A stretch of DNA of 55,110 bases from an uncultured Pelagibacteraceae bacterium (GTDB lineage Bacteria; Pseudomonadota; Alphaproteobacteria; Pelagibacterales; Pelagibacteraceae), in NCBI GenBank assembly GCA_902607215.1, contig CACLJJ010000001.1, forward strand, positions 1 to 55,110, given 5' to 3'. Below, piece by piece: positions 40,862 to 52,875 of this stretch. Position numbers and translations under genes: made by a program. The notes beneath the pieces are model-generated. The model had not been told where the DNA came from. It saw only the letters and a program-made list of their open reading frames with translations, and searched no databases. Position 1 is the first letter of the stretch. Each line of letters begins with the position of its first letter.

Positions 40862-41695
40862 GTGTCAAAAATAATTCTAAGTAAAAATTTTATAAAAGGT
40901 GTTTGTAAATTAGCTTTAAATGAAGATCTTTATCCATCAGGAGATATTTCCTCGAATCTTTTAAAAGATAATATTAAAAAAAAGGTAAAATTAATTTCCA
41001 ATCAAGCTGGAATAATAGGAGGTTTAGAATTTGCTAAACAAACATTTAAATTAATAAACAAAAAAATTAGAATTAATTTAAAAAAAAAAGAAGGATCTAA
41101 AATTAAAAAAGGAGATCTAATTGCTATAATAGAGGGTAATATAAGATATATATTAACTGGAGAGAGAGTTGCATTAAATTTCTTATCTCACATATCTGGG
41201 ATCGCCACCACAACAAATCAGTTTGTAAAAAAGGTAGAAAAAAAGAGTAAGATTTGTTGTACAAGAAAAACAATACCAAACTTAAGAGTAATTCAAAAAT
41301 ATGCTGTAAAATTAGGAGGCGGAACTAATCAACGATTTAATTTGAGCGATGAATATTTGATAAAAGATAATCATGTTGCAAGTACAGATATTAAAAAATT
41401 AATTCATTTAGCAATCAAAAAAAAGGGGGGTAAAAAAATTACAGTAGAAATAGATAATCTTAGTCAATTAAAAAAAATAATTGGTTTAAAATTTGACCGA
41501 ATTTTATTCGATAATATGAGCACTAAAATTTTAAAAAAAGGTGTAAAGCTATCAAAAAAACTTTATGAAACAGAAGCCTCAGGTGGCATTACATTAAAAA
41601 ATGTAAAAAAAATTGCTAATACTGGTGTTGAAAGAATTTCTATAGGTTCTCTAACTCATTCTTTTAATTCTTTAGATTTAAAGTTAGAGATTTAG
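40862..41695 (+). CDS. nadC: Quinolinate phosphoribosyltransferase
   Basis: ERVALN, SGIAT, TRKTIP, LIKDNH, EASGG and SIGSLTH motifs; GTG start. Confidence 0.93.
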   Translation: MSKIILSKNFIKGVCKLALNEDLYPSGDISSNLLKDNIKKKVKLISNQAGIIGGLEFAKQTFKLINKKIRINLKKKEGSKIKKGDLIAIIEGNIRYILTGERVALNFLSHISGIATTTNQFVKKVEKKSKICCTRKTIPNLRVIQKYAVKLGGGTNQRFNLSDEYLIKDNHVASTDIKKLIHLAIKKKGGKKITVEIDNLSQLKKIIGLKFDRILFDNMSTKILKKGVKLSKKLYETEASGGITLKNVKKIANTGVERISIGSLTHSFNSLDLKLEI

Positions 41696-44353
41696 TGATT
41701 TTTTTAATTGCGCTTGAGCGGCTGCAAGTCTTGCAACTGGAACTCTATATGGCGAACAAGAAACATAATCCAATCCAATTTTAGAGCAAAAATTTATACT
41801 TTTTGGATCACCTCCATGCTCACCACATATTCCTAATTTAATTTTTTTATTCTGCTTTCTTCCTTTTAATGTCGCAATTTCTATTAAATCTCCTACTCCT
41901 TCATCAATAGAAATAAATGGATCAACATCAAATATTCTATTTTCAATATAGTCATTTAAAAATTTTCCACTATCATCCCTACTAATTCCAAATGTAGTCT
42001 GCGTTAAATCATTTGTTCCAAAGCTAAAAAAATCAGCATGTTTTGCAATGTCTTTTGCTTTAAGAGCTGCTCTAGGTAATTCAATCATTGTACCGACTAA
42101 ATAGTTTATTTTAATTTTATTTTCTTTTTGCACTTTATTAGCAACTCGATCTACTAAATTTTTCATTATTTCGATCTCTGCTTCTGTTGAAACTAGAGGA
42201 ATCATTATTTCTGGAATTATTGATTTGTATTTTTTATTCTTACATTCGACTAATGCTTCAAAAATTGCTCTACATTGCATCTCATAAATTTCTGGAAAAG
42301 AAATTCCTAATCTACAGCCCCTATGACCGAGCATTGGATTATGTTCATGCAATTCTCCAATTCTTGACTCTACTTCGTTAGTAGACAATTCTAGAGCATC
42401 CGATACGCTTTTTATTTCTTTTTCATTTTTGGGTAAAAATTCATGCAATGGTGGGTCTAGCAATCTTACAGTAACTGGCAAACCATTCATAATTTTAAAA
42501 ATTTCAATAAAATCATTTTTTTGATGTGGTAAAAGTTTTGCAAGTGCTCTGCTTCTATCTTCTGTTGTTTTAGATAAAATCATTTCTCTCACTGACAAAA
42601 TTCTATCCTCATCAAAAAACATATGCTCTGTTCTACAAAGACCTATCCCCTCCGCTCCAAAATCTCTTGCTGTTTTTGTATCAAGTGGTGTTTCAGAGTT
42701 AGTTCTTACCTTAAGTTTTCTGTAATTATCTGCCCATCCCATTAGTTTTGAAAAATCTCCAGAAATTTCTGGTTTAACGGTAGGAACTTCTCCTAAAATA
42801 ATTCTACCAGTTGATCCATCAATTGTAATTATATCTCCTTCCTTGACTTCAACTTTTGAAGTTTTAAATATTTTTTTTTCATAGTTAATTTCAATTTCAC
42901 TTGATCCAGAAACGCATGGTCGACCCATACCTCTAGCAACTACAGCGGCGTGACTTGTCATCCCGCCTCTTGAAGTTAAAATTCCTCTTGCTGCATGCAT
43001 ACCATGTATGTCTTCTGGTGAAGTTTCAATTCTAACTAAAATGGTATTTTGCATCATCCCATTTAATCTTTCAGCTTCATTAGATGAAAAAACAACTTTT
43101 CCACTTACTGCTCCTGGAGAAGCGGGAAGACCTTTTGCAATAACTTTAATATTACTTTCTTCATCCAAAGTTGGATGTAGCAAAGTATCTAGTGAATTTG
43201 GGTCAATTTTTAAAATCGCTTCTTTTTTAGAAATTAATTTTTCTTTCACCATATCAGCTGCTATTTTTACCGCTGACTTAGATGTTCTTTTTCCAGACCT
43301 TGTTTGCAACATCCATAACTTTTTTTTTTCTACAGTAAATTCAGCATCTTGCATATCTTTGTAATAACTTTCTAAAGTTTGTAAGATTTTTTTAAGCTCT
43401 TTAAAAACTTCTGGCATAGACTCTTCCAATGATAATCCTTTTACTCCAGAATTTAATCTTGCCTTTTTACTAATATTTTGTGGTGTTCTAATTCCTGCTA
43501 CTACGTCCTCACCCTGTGCATTTATTAAATACTCTCCGTAAATTTCTCTTTTTCCATCTGAAGGATTTCTTGTAAATACAACACCAGTTGCACTATCATT
43601 TCCCATGTTGCCAAATACCATTGATTGAACATTAACTGCAGTTCCCCAATCTGCTGGTATCTGATTTAATTTTCTATAAACTTTAGCTCTATGACTTTCC
43701 CATGATAAAAATACAGCGCTAATAGCACCGTACAATTGATCAAAAACATTCTGTGGAAAATCTTTTTTTGTCTTAGTTCTGACTACATTTTTAAAATCTT
43801 GAATTAAAGCGTCCCAATCATTTTCGTCTAACTCAGTATCAAGCAATACTTCTTTTGATAATTTATAATTTTCAATCAATTCTTCAAAATTATAATTATC
43901 CACGCCCATAACTACACTGCTATACATCTGAATAAATCTTCTATAACTATCTTTAGCAAACCTCATGTTTGAAGTTTTATTTGCTAGAGCTAGAACAGTA
44001 TTGTCATTTAAACCAAGATTTAGAATTGTATCCATCATTCCCGGCATAGAAACTCTTGCTCCAGATCTTACTGATACTAATAAAGGGTTTTTTAAATCTC
44101 CAAATTTTTTGCCAGACTCTTTTTCAAGCTGCTTTAATTCTTTTCTAATATCATTTAAAATTTTAGGATTTAGTTTTTTTTTATTTTTATAAAATAAATC
44201 GCAAACTTTTGTTGAGATTGTAAATCCAGGTGGAACTGGTAAGCCCATTCTGCCCATCTGAGAAAGGTTGGCTCCCTTGCCACCTAAAAAATTTTTAGGA
44301 TTTTTTATTTTTTTTGAATTTTTAGATTTAAAATTTAAAATTAGTTTGTTCAC
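41684..44353 (-). CDS. ppdK: Pyruvate, phosphate dikinase
   Basis: LGGKGANL, SMPGMMDT, GGMTSHAAVVARG, GIGLCRTEHM and FSFGTNDLTQ motifs. Confidence 0.97.
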   Translation of the reverse strand: MNKLILNFKSKNSKKIKNPKNFLGGKGANLSQMGRMGLPVPPGFTISTKVCDLFYKNKKKLNPKILNDIRKELKQLEKESGKKFGDLKNPLLVSVRSGARVSMPGMMDTILNLGLNDNTVLALANKTSNMRFAKDSYRRFIQMYSSVVMGVDNYNFEELIENYKLSKEVLLDTELDENDWDALIQDFKNVVRTKTKKDFPQNVFDQLYGAISAVFLSWESHRAKVYRKLNQIPADWGTAVNVQSMVFGNMGNDSATGVVFTRNPSDGKREIYGEYLINAQGEDVVAGIRTPQNISKKARLNSGVKGLSLEESMPEVFKELKKILQTLESYYKDMQDAEFTVEKKKLWMLQTRSGKRTSKSAVKIAADMVKEKLISKKEAILKIDPNSLDTLLHPTLDEESNIKVIAKGLPASPGAVSGKVVFSSNEAERLNGMMQNTILVRIETSPEDIHGMHAARGILTSRGGMTSHAAVVARGMGRPCVSGSSEIEINYEKKIFKTSKVEVKEGDIITIDGSTGRIILGEVPTVKPEISGDFSKLMGWADNYRKLKVRTNSETPLDTKTARDFGAEGIGLCRTEHMFFDEDRILSVREMILSKTTEDRSRALAKLLPHQKNDFIEIFKIMNGLPVTVRLLDPPLHEFLPKNEKEIKSVSDALELSTNEVESRIGELHEHNPMLGHRGCRLGISFPEIYEMQCRAIFEALVECKNKKYKSIIPEIMIPLVSTEAEIEIMKNLVDRVANKVQKENKIKINYLVGTMIELPRAALKAKDIAKHADFFSFGTNDLTQTTFGISRDDSGKFLNDYIENRIFDVDPFISIDEGVGDLIEIATLKGRKQNKKIKLGICGEHGGDPKSINFCSKIGLDYVSCSPYRVPVARLAAAQAQLKKSLNL

Positions 44354-46419
44354 TAAACGCTTTCAATTTTTGAAAAATTAATATAATTTTCGAACGTTTT
44401 ACATAACATTTGAAGAAGTTCCAATCGATTTTTTCTAATTATTTTATCGTCATCATTAACAACAATATTATCAAAAAAATCAAATATCACTCCTTTTGCA
44501 GATGTTAAATTATTTAAAGTTAAATCATAATTTTCATCTTTATTGATTCTTGCAAAATATTTTTTTAATTCTTTAATTTTTTTATATAGATTTTTTTCAT
44601 AATCATTTTTAAATATGGCAGGATCAGTCGATTCTGAAAGCTCTATTTCTTGATCTTTTAATTCATTTTCTAAAATATTAGATATACGCTTATAACTAGT
44701 AATTATATTTATTCCATTTTCTTTATTTATAATTTTATTTAGCGCAAAAGATTTTTTATAAATTTTATTTATCTGATCGATGCCAAATGAATCAAGGCTT
44801 GCATTTATGATGTCAGACCTAATATTTTTCTCTTTCATATAATATTTTAATCTATCTAATAAAAAATCAATTAATTCTTTTTTTGCTAAATTATTTTTAA
44901 GTTTAAAATCTTGTTCTTGATATAATAAAAGCGAATAATTAATTAAATCTACTAATTTAAATTCTTTATTATTTTCAATTAGTAATCTAATTATTCCAAG
45001 TGCAGCCCTTCGCAAAGCAAATGGATCTTTCGAGCTGGTAGGTTTTTCATTAATTCCAAAAAATCCAACTAGTGTATCTAATTTATCAGTAAGAGATAAA
45101 GCTATGCTGAATGGTTTTTTTGGAACTTTGCTTTCTAACCCGTTTGGTAAATAATGCTCGCTTATTGCTAAAGCAACATCTTTTTCAAATCCTTGAGCTT
45201 CTGCAAAATATCCTCCCATAGTTCCTTGTAGTTCTGGAAATTCTCCTACTAAGTCTGATATTAAGTCAACTTTACAAATTGAGCTTGATAATTCTATCTT
45301 GTCTTTACTAATTAATAATTCATCAGAAATCATCCCTCCAAGTTTTCTCATTCTCTGAATTTTATTAAAATATGTTCCGAGTCCTTTAAAGTACTTCATT
45401 GTTTTAAGTTTTGATATTTGCTTAACTAAATTATGTCCTTTATTTTTTTTCCAAAAAAACGCAGCATCACTTAGTCTTGCCTCTACAACTCTCTCATTTC
45501 CAGATTTAATATAACCTTTTTTATCTTTATTATTTGATACTACAAAAAATTCATTTGTAATATTTCGCTTATTATCAAATGTATGAAAATACTTTTGGTG
45601 ATGTTGCATAGTAATAATCAATATTTCTTGAGGTATATCTAAAAATTTTTTATCAAATTTACAAGATAGAATGTTTGGTTGTTCCACCAAATCAGTAACC
45701 TCTTGCAAAAGTTTTTTATTAATTTCTATTTTAATATTTTTTCTTTTGGAAATCTTTATAAGTTCATTTTCAATAAAATCTTTTCTTTGATTATGATCTA
45801 TTATGACACCTAGTTTTTTAAAATAATCTTTATAAATTTTGAAATTTTTAAATATCTTCTTTTTATCCTCAAATTCTTTATCTACATAAGTGCTGTTTGA
45901 ACTTTCAAGATGATGATATTTAAAAACTACTGTTTTATTATCAAAAATAGCCATTATAGACTTTAGTGGTCTTGCCCAGCTAAGTTCATAATCGCTCCAT
46001 CTCATCGATTTTTTCCATTGAATTTTATCAAGTAAAAATTCAATATTTTCCTTTAAAACATCAAAAGTTTTTATTTTTTTTTCTGGTTTATTAAAAAAAT
46101 AAAATTCTCCTTTTTCAATTTGTTTTTTAAAAATCTGATCTTTGCTAAGTTGATTAGATCTTAAAAAACCTTCAAGAGCTTTTTCTGGAGCATTTACACT
46201 AGGTCCTTTGATTTCTTCTTTATCTTGAATTATTTCTTTTTCCAAACCACCAAAAAAAATAATCAATCTATTGGGCACAGAGTAAGATGAGCTTTTTTTA
46301 AAAGAAATTTTTTTTTCTTCAAATAATTTAGTAAAATTTTCTAAAAGAGTTTTACGAGCTGTTTTTTGTAAATTTGCAGGTACTTCTTCACTAAAGATCT
46401 CTAAAAAAAATTCAGACAT
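44353..46419 (-). CDS. glyS: Glycine--tRNA ligase beta subunit
   Basis: SEEVPA, KSMRW, GNERVVEARLSDA, VGEFPELQG and SKDPFALRR motifs. Confidence 0.96.
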   Translation of the reverse strand: MSEFFLEIFSEEVPANLQKTARKTLLENFTKLFEEKKISFKKSSSYSVPNRLIIFFGGLEKEIIQDKEEIKGPSVNAPEKALEGFLRSNQLSKDQIFKKQIEKGEFYFFNKPEKKIKTFDVLKENIEFLLDKIQWKKSMRWSDYELSWARPLKSIMAIFDNKTVVFKYHHLESSNSTYVDKEFEDKKKIFKNFKIYKDYFKKLGVIIDHNQRKDFIENELIKISKRKNIKIEINKKLLQEVTDLVEQPNILSCKFDKKFLDIPQEILIITMQHHQKYFHTFDNKRNITNEFFVVSNNKDKKGYIKSGNERVVEARLSDAAFFWKKNKGHNLVKQISKLKTMKYFKGLGTYFNKIQRMRKLGGMISDELLISKDKIELSSSICKVDLISDLVGEFPELQGTMGGYFAEAQGFEKDVALAISEHYLPNGLESKVPKKPFSIALSLTDKLDTLVGFFGINEKPTSSKDPFALRRAALGIIRLLIENNKEFKLVDLINYSLLLYQEQDFKLKNNLAKKELIDFLLDRLKYYMKEKNIRSDIINASLDSFGIDQINKIYKKSFALNKIINKENGINIITSYKRISNILENELKDQEIELSESTDPAIFKNDYEKNLYKKIKELKKYFARINKDENYDLTLNNLTSAKGVIFDFFDNIVVNDDDKIIRKNRLELLQMLCKTFENYINFSKIESV

Positions 46420-47303
46420 TATTCTGTTTGATTATTCAACCAAACCTCAGCAACACCTTTGGTTATCTCTCTTATTCTTCCAATATATTCTGCTCTTTGG
46501 GCAACGCTTATAACACCTCTGGCATCTAAAATATTAAAGACATGACTTGCTTTTAGGCATTGATCATATGCTGGTAAAGATATTTTTTTTTCTGTTAAAG
46601 ATTTTGCCTCAGACTCAACCATGTCAAAAATTTTAAATAAGTTATCTGTATTAGCATGTTCAAAATTATATGCTGAAAATTCTTTTTCTGCTTGGTAAAA
46701 AACATCTTTATATTTTATTCCTTCGTTATTCCACAAAAGATCAAATACATTTTTTTTGTGTTGAGTAAACATGCAAATTCTTTCAAGCCCGTAGGTAAGC
46801 TCAACTGAAACTGGTTTACATTCAAATCCAGCCATTTGTTGAAAATAAGTAAATTGTGTAATTTCCATTCCATCGCACCACACTTCCCAACCCAGTCCAG
46901 CTGCACCTAGAGTTGGACTTTCCCAATCATCTTCAACAAATCTAATGTCATGGTCTCTATAATTAATGCCAATTGTTGTTAAACTGTTTAAATAAAGTTT
47001 TTTTATATTTTTTGGTGAGGGTTTGATTAAAACTTGAAATTGATAATAATGTTGTAGTCTATTTGGATTGTCTCCATATCTTCCATCAGTTGGTCTTCTT
47101 GATGGTTGTACATATGCTGCTTTCCACGGTTTAGAACCTAAAGATCTTAATGTAGTTGCGGGATGAAAAGTTCCAGCACCAACTTCCATATCATAAGGTT
47201 GTAAAACTACACAGCCTTGCTTGCTCCAATACTTTTGGAGATTCAAGATTGTGTCTTGAAAAGTTTGAAATTTAGGTTTTTTAGTTTTTTTTTTAGAAGC
47301 CAT
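46419..47303 (-). CDS. glyQ: Glycine--tRNA ligase alpha subunit
   Basis: [27 protein letters not shown] and ELTYGLER motifs. Confidence 0.97.
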   Translation of the reverse strand: MASKKKTKKPKFQTFQDTILNLQKYWSKQGCVVLQPYDMEVGAGTFHPATTLRSLGSKPWKAAYVQPSRRPTDGRYGDNPNRLQHYYQFQVLIKPSPKNIKKLYLNSLTTIGINYRDHDIRFVEDDWESPTLGAAGLGWEVWCDGMEITQFTYFQQMAGFECKPVSVELTYGLERICMFTQHKKNVFDLLWNNEGIKYKDVFYQAEKEFSAYNFEHANTDNLFKIFDMVESEAKSLTEKKISLPAYDQCLKASHVFNILDARGVISVAQRAEYIGRIREITKGVAEVWLNNQTE

Positions 47304-48099
47304 ATCTTTGCCAGATAGATCTTTCCTCTAAAATACTAATTACTTGGTCTGCATGACTTTTCGATGATAATTTTCTGGCCAACCAGCCTTTTTCTTTTTC
47401 AAATTTTTTAATAACCACATCGTCACCAAATTTTTCTCTTAAAATTTGATCTGTGTTTCCAATGCCGTCTATTAACCCAAGTTCTTTTGCTTTTCTTCCA
47501 GACCAAAACTCTCCTGAAAATAATTCAATTTCTCCACCTTTTTTTAATTTTGTGGACCTGCTTTTTTCAACAACATTGATAAAATCTTTATGTAAGTCCA
47601 ATTGAATATTTTTTAATCTTTCAATATCTTCTTGTTTCTCCTCCATAAAAGGGTCTAGAGTACTTTTATTTTTTCCGGCAGTATAAACTCTTCTTTGAAC
47701 TCCAATTTTTTGGATCAAATCCTTAAAACCAAATGAAGAGTAAATCACTCCTATTGAACCGACAATCGAGCTTTGGTTTGCGTAAATTTCGTCTCCAGCA
47801 CATGCAATTAAATATCCTCCTGATGCCGCAACATCTTCAGCAAAAATAATTACTTTTTTTTTATTCTTTTTAGCCTGATGTCTAATGAAATCATGAATAA
47901 GATGTGATTGAACTGGAGAACCTCCTGGAGAATTTATTGATATTGCCACTGCTAGAGCTTTTTTTATTGAAAATGCTTTTTTAATTGTTTCCTCTTGACT
48001 AGCAAAATCTATGCCTTGCCTAAACTTGCCAACATTTCCTATTACCCCATTTAGCTTAATAAGAGGAATAACTTTTTTTTTTTTGAAAAATGAAAACAT
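47293..48099 (-). CDS. S49 family peptidase (SppA/SohB-like)
   Basis: INSPGGS, AASGGY, GSIGV and FSGEFW motifs. Confidence 0.9.
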   Translation of the reverse strand: MFSFFKKKKVIPLIKLNGVIGNVGKFRQGIDFASQEETIKKAFSIKKALAVAISINSPGGSPVQSHLIHDFIRHQAKKNKKKVIIFAEDVAASGGYLIACAGDEIYANQSSIVGSIGVIYSSFGFKDLIQKIGVQRRVYTAGKNKSTLDPFMEEKQEDIERLKNIQLDLHKDFINVVEKSRSTKLKKGGEIELFSGEFWSGRKAKELGLIDGIGNTDQILREKFGDDVVIKKFEKEKGWLARKLSSKSHADQVISILEERSIWQRYGF

Positions 48100-48209
48100 G
48101 GTTAATGCTTATAAAATTTTTGATTTAATATAAAGTCTCCTTATAGTTGAAGTTTCAGGTGCGTCAATTGATAAGTATAATATTGGCTTAATTGTACTAC
48201 TTTAAAGTT

Positions 48210-49223
48210 ATGGGAACAGTTGTTCAGTTAAAAAATCGAATAAATAATTCATATTACGAACTTAAAAGTTCCGTTGAAGATAAACTAATTTTAGTTGAAG
48301 AGAAAATTAAAACAAAGTTATCAAGTAAAGTAGATTTAGTTGATGAAATGACAAGATACCATGTCAGAACAGGTGGTAAAAAATTAAGAGCATTATTAAC
48401 GCTTGGATCAGCTAAACTTTGCGGATATTCAAAAGGAAGTAGAGATATTAATCTTGCAGCTTGTGTTGAATTAATTCATGCGGCAACACTAATGCATGAT
48501 GATGTAATAGATAGTGGTGAGATTAGGAGAGGAAAAAAAACTTTAAATAATATCTGGGGGAACCAGTCATCAATTTTGGTAGGTGACTACCTATTAAGCA
48601 GATGTTTTGAGATGATGGTTGAAGATGGAAACCTAGAAGTTTTAAAGCTTCTTTCTTCAACTTCAGCCGAAATTTCTCAGGGTGAAGTATTGCAATTACA
48701 ACATCGAGGTGAGATTGATATGCTGGAAGAAACATATTTAAAAATCATATCAGCTAAAACTGCGTCGTTATTTGCGGCTGCAACTAAAGTTGGTTCTATC
48801 CTGGCAAACAAAGAAAGTAAAATGAAAGAAGCTTTAGAATTTTATGGAAAAAATCTTGGTTTAACATTTCAAATAGCAGATGATACTTTAGACTATAATT
48901 CAGAATTAAAACTATTTGGCAAAGAAATTGGAAATGATTTTTATGAAGATAAAATTACATTACCAATAATCTTGCTTTATCAAAAAGCAAAACCAGAAGA
49001 AAAACTAGAGATCAAAAAAATTTTTGAAAAAAAAGAAAGATCACAAACAGAATTTAAAAAAATTTTATTAATGATCAAAAAATATAATATTATTTCTGAT
49101 TGTTATAAAAAAGCTGAGTATTTTATAAATCTTGCATCTAATTCACTAAGTATATTTAATGATTCTAAAGAAAAAGATATCTTAAAAAACTTAACTTCTT
49201 TTAGTTTGGAAAGAACTTTTTAA
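48210..49223 (+). CDS. ispB: Long-chain polyprenyl diphosphate synthase
   Basis: ELIHAATLMHDDVID...RRG, KTASLF and FQIADDTLD motifs; ATG 48210 preferred over TTG 48192. Confidence 0.88.
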   Translation: MGTVVQLKNRINNSYYELKSSVEDKLILVEEKIKTKLSSKVDLVDEMTRYHVRTGGKKLRALLTLGSAKLCGYSKGSRDINLAACVELIHAATLMHDDVIDSGEIRRGKKTLNNIWGNQSSILVGDYLLSRCFEMMVEDGNLEVLKLLSSTSAEISQGEVLQLQHRGEIDMLEETYLKIISAKTASLFAAATKVGSILANKESKMKEALEFYGKNLGLTFQIADDTLDYNSELKLFGKEIGNDFYEDKITLPIILLYQKAKPEEKLEIKKIFEKKERSQTEFKKILLMIKKYNIISDCYKKAEYFINLASNSLSIFNDSKEKDILKNLTSFSLERTF

Positions 49224-49846
49224 GGACTAAGCAAAGATTTGTTCCAATTGCCATTTTCTTTTTTTGTGTATCTTAATCTTTGATGAATTCTATTTTTACC
49301 ATCTAACCAAAACTCAACTTGATAAGGATTTAAATTCCATCCAGACCAATAGTTTGGTCTTGGTACATTTTTTTCATCTAAATATTTTTTCTTATAATTT
49401 TCGATCGTTTTATACAATTCATCTCTACTTTTTAAAATAGAACTTTGTTTTGATGCCCATGCACCAATCTTACTGTCATAATCTCTCGTATTGTAATAAT
49501 CATCTGCTTCTTTGTCAGATACTTTTGATATTTGACCAGTAGCCCTAATTTGTCTTAATAAACTCTTCCAATGAAAACATATAGATGCGTTGGGATTGCT
49601 TTTCACATCGCTGCTTTTTTTGCTGTCAAGATTTGTATAAAAAACAAATCCATTTTGACTATAATCCTTTAATAAAACCATTCTAACTGATGGAATTCCA
49701 TTTTTATTAGCAGTGGCCAACGCAAACGCATTAGGATCATTTATTTCAGTTTTTTTAGCTTCAGCAAACCACTCTCCAAAGAGATCTATAGGGTTTTCTA
49801 AATCCTTAAAGCAATTATTTAACCCAAGTGAGTTTTTTTGATTCAT
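49220..49846 (-). CDS. pdxH: Pyridoxamine 5'-phosphate oxidase
   Basis: [21 protein letters not shown] and EFW motifs. Confidence 0.94.
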   Translation of the reverse strand: MNQKNSLGLNNCFKDLENPIDLFGEWFAEAKKTEINDPNAFALATANKNGIPSVRMVLLKDYSQNGFVFYTNLDSKKSSDVKSNPNASICFHWKSLLRQIRATGQISKVSDKEADDYYNTRDYDSKIGAWASKQSSILKSRDELYKTIENYKKKYLDEKNVPRPNYWSGWNLNPYQVEFWLDGKNRIHQRLRYTKKENGNWNKSLLSP

Positions 49847-49879
49847 AATTTCAACAAAATAACTTATATAATATATTTT

Positions 49880-50965
49880 ATGTCATTTAATACTTTTGGA
49901 AAGCTATTTCGTTTCACTACTTGGGGAGAATCTCATGGACCCGCTATAGGGTGTGTAGTGGATGGATGTCCTCCTAATATAAATATTAAAGAACAAGATA
50001 TCCAGTTAGAACTTAATAAACGAAGACCTGGCCAATCAAAGTTTACAACACAAAGAAAAGAAGATGATAAAGTAAATATTTTATCAGGGGTTTTTGAAGG
50101 CAAAACTACAGGCACTCCTATTTCGATGATTATTTACAATAAAGATATGAGGTCAAGAGACTATGAAAGTATAAAAAATAAATTTAGACCTGGTCACGCA
50201 GACTATACATATTTTAAAAAATATGGAATTAGAGACTATAAGGGTGGTGGTAGGCAATCAGCTAGAGAGACGGCATCGAGAGTTGCTGCTGGAGCTATAG
50301 CAAAAAAAGTTTTGGAAAATAAAATTGGAAAAAAATATAAAGTCGTTGGAGCAGTCACGCAATTAGGAATACTTGGATGTGATGTAAAAAAATGGAATGA
50401 TAAATTTATTTCAAAGAATCCATTTTTCTGTCCTGACAACTCAATATTAAAACTTTGGGAAAAATATTTGTTAAGTATTAGAAAAGCTGGTTCATCTTGT
50501 GGTGCAATAATTGAAGTAAGAGCAAAAGGAGTTCCAATAGGACTAGGAGCTCCCATATATTCAAAATTAGATATGGATTTAGCAGCCGCAATGATGAGTA
50601 TTAATGCTGTAAAAGGTGTTAATATTGGATCTGGAATAAGTTCAGCTCAATTAACTGGAGAACAAAATTCTGATGAAATTTCTCAAATAGGAAAAAAAAC
50701 TAAATTTAATTCAAATAACGCTGGAGGTATACTTGGTGGGATATCGTCTGGACAAAATATAATTGTTTCTTTTGCGGTAAAACCAACTTCATCAATTCTT
50801 TCTTCAAGAAAAACCATTGATAAGTTTGGAAAAAATACTTCTATATCTGTTAAAGGCAGACACGACCCTTGTGTTGGTATAAGAGCAGTGCCAATTGGTG
50901 AAGCTATGATGCACTGTGTACTTTTAGACCACTATTTGATGAATAAAGCTCAGTGCAATAGTTAA
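49880..50965 (+). CDS. aroC: Chorismate synthase
   Basis: WGESHG, RPGHAD, SARETA and GRHDPC motifs; start moved to ATG 49880 (MSFNTFG). Confidence 0.96.
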   Translation: MSFNTFGKLFRFTTWGESHGPAIGCVVDGCPPNINIKEQDIQLELNKRRPGQSKFTTQRKEDDKVNILSGVFEGKTTGTPISMIIYNKDMRSRDYESIKNKFRPGHADYTYFKKYGIRDYKGGGRQSARETASRVAAGAIAKKVLENKIGKKYKVVGAVTQLGILGCDVKKWNDKFISKNPFFCPDNSILKLWEKYLLSIRKAGSSCGAIIEVRAKGVPIGLGAPIYSKLDMDLAAAMMSINAVKGVNIGSGISSAQLTGEQNSDEISQIGKKTKFNSNNAGGILGGISSGQNIIVSFAVKPTSSILSSRKTIDKFGKNTSISVKGRHDPCVGIRAVPIGEAMMHCVLLDHYLMNKAQCNS

Positions 50966-52875
50966 TTAGTTTTTTTTATTATTACTTTCGAATTTAAAAT
51001 ATCTAATATTTTGCCTTCAATACTATTTGCATCTAATCCAGCATATTTATACATTAAATTTGGTTTATCATGATTAATAAATCTATCGGGCAAAATCATA
51101 GATCTAAACTTCAAATTATTATCCAATAAATTTTTATCAGTTAAAAACTGACCCACATGTGAACCAAAGCCTCCTATCGAACCTTCTTCTATAGTTATTA
51201 TTGCTTCATGATCGGTTGCCAATTGCCAAATAAGATTTTCATCTAGAGGTTTCACAAATCTAGCATCAGCAAGTGTAATATTAATTCCTTTTTTAACTAG
51301 ATTTTCTTGGGCAATTAAACATTCATTTAATCTTGCACCAAAATTAATTAAAGCAATCTTTTTTCCTTCTTTAATTATTCTTCCTTTTCCTATTTCTAAT
51401 TTTTCATTAATTGTTGGTAATTCTACACCAGTTCCATTGCCTCTTGGATATCTTAAGGCCGAAGGTTTGTTGTTAATATCAACTGAAGTATTTATCATTC
51501 TTACTAATTCAGACTCATCACTTGCAGCCATTACTACAAAATTTGGTAAAGTGGATAAGTAAGTTATATCAAATGAACCTGCATGTGTGGGCCCGTCAGC
51601 ACCAACTAAACCAGCTCTATCTATGGCAAATCTAACCGGTAAACTTTGGATTGCAACATCATGAACAACTTGGTCATATGCCCTTTGTAAAAATGTAGAG
51701 TAAATTGCCGCATATGGTTTATATCCTTCTGTTGCTAAGCCCGCTGCAAATGTGACTGCATGTTGCTCAGCAATTCCAACATCAAACATTCTTGAAGGGA
51801 ATTTTTCTCCAAAAATATCCATACCCGTTCCCGATGGCATTGCAGCAGTGATTCCTATAATTTTACTATCTTTCTCAGCATGCTTTACCAGAGTATTAGC
51901 AAAAACTTTGGTATAAGAGGGAATATTTGATTTGGATTTTTCTTGAACTCCAGTGTTTACATTGAATTTTGTAACACCATGAAATTTATCAGCTGACTTT
52001 TCTGCAAATTCATAACCTTTGCCTTTTTTTGTTTTTATATGGATCATAATAGGAATGTCATAATTTATTTCCTTAGCATTTTTTAGAACAGAAATTAAAC
52101 TGTCAATATCGTGACCATCAATTGGTCCTATATAGTAAAAACCCATGGAATTGAATAAGGTACCACCGGTAAAAGCAGACCTTAAAAAATATTCAGCCTC
52201 ACCCGCTTTCTTACTAAATCTTTTTGAAAAAGCCGATATAATTAGTTTTACAGTTTCTCTAAAACTAAAATATAATTTTCCAGATAAAATTTTTGCTAAA
52301 TATGTTCTCATTGCCCCAACTGGTTTTGCAATTGACATGTCATTATCATTTAAAATTACAATCATTTTAGTTTTACTGGCACCAGCATTATTCATTGCTT
52401 CATAAGCCATTCCAGCACTCATTGCCCCATCACCTATTACTGCAACCACATTATCAGATTTATTTGAAAGTTTATTTGCCACCGCAATTCCTAAAGCAGA
52501 TGATATTGAGGTTGAGCTATGCCCGGCACCAAAAGTATCATATTCACTCTCGGATCTTTTTGTAAAACCTGATAAACCATCACCTTTTCTTAAAGTTCTG
52601 ATTCTATCTTTTCTTCCTGTTAATATTTTATGAGGATATGTTTGATGTCCTACATCCCAAATTAACTTATCATTAGGAGTATTAAATATATAATGTAAAG
52701 CTACTGTTAACTCTACAACTCCCAAACCTGCTCCTAAATGACCTCCTGTCTCCGATACAGCATCTATCATTTCTTGCCTAACTTCATCAGCTAATACTTT
52801 TAGTTCTGACTGTGAAAAATTTTTAATATCGGATGGAAAATTAATATCGTCTAAATATTTATATTTTTTATTCAT
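50962..52875 (-). CDS. dxs: 1-deoxy-D-xylulose-5-phosphate synthase
   Basis: GGHLG, WDVGHQ, GDGAM...NDN, IAEQHA and DGPTH motifs; ATG 52875 overlaps the ispA TGA. Confidence 0.96.
   Translation of the reverse strand: MNKKYKYLDDINFPSDIKNFSQSELKVLADEVRQEMIDAVSETGGHLGAGLGVVELTVALHYIFNTPNDKLIWDVGHQTYPHKILTGRKDRIRTLRKGDGLSGFTKRSESEYDTFGAGHSSTSISSALGIAVANKLSNKSDNVVAVIGDGAMSAGMAYEAMNNAGASKTKMIVILNDNDMSIAKPVGAMRTYLAKILSGKLYFSFRETVKLIISAFSKRFSKKAGEAEYFLRSAFTGGTLFNSMGFYYIGPIDGHDIDSLISVLKNAKEINYDIPIMIHIKTKKGKGYEFAEKSADKFHGVTKFNVNTGVQEKSKSNIPSYTKVFANTLVKHAEKDSKIIGITAAMPSGTGMDIFGEKFPSRMFDVGIAEQHAVTFAAGLATEGYKPYAAIYSTFLQRAYDQVVHDVAIQSLPVRFAIDRAGLVGADGPTHAGSFDITYLSTLPNFVVMAASDESELVRMINTSVDINNKPSALRYPRGNGTGVELPTINEKLEIGKGRIIKEGKKIALINFGARLNECLIAQENLVKKGINITLADARFVKPLDENLIWQLATDHEAIITIEEGSIGGFGSHVGQFLTDKNLLDNNLKFRSMILPDRFINHDKPNLMYKYAGLDANSIEGKILDILNSKVIIKKTN

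Noticed and set aside
48073-48084. A12 tract near the start of the S49 peptidase, and A9-A10 tracts in the sugar islet, as phase-variation switches
   Set aside because: Long A/T runs occur throughout this AT-rich window, including core genes, and all frames are intact.
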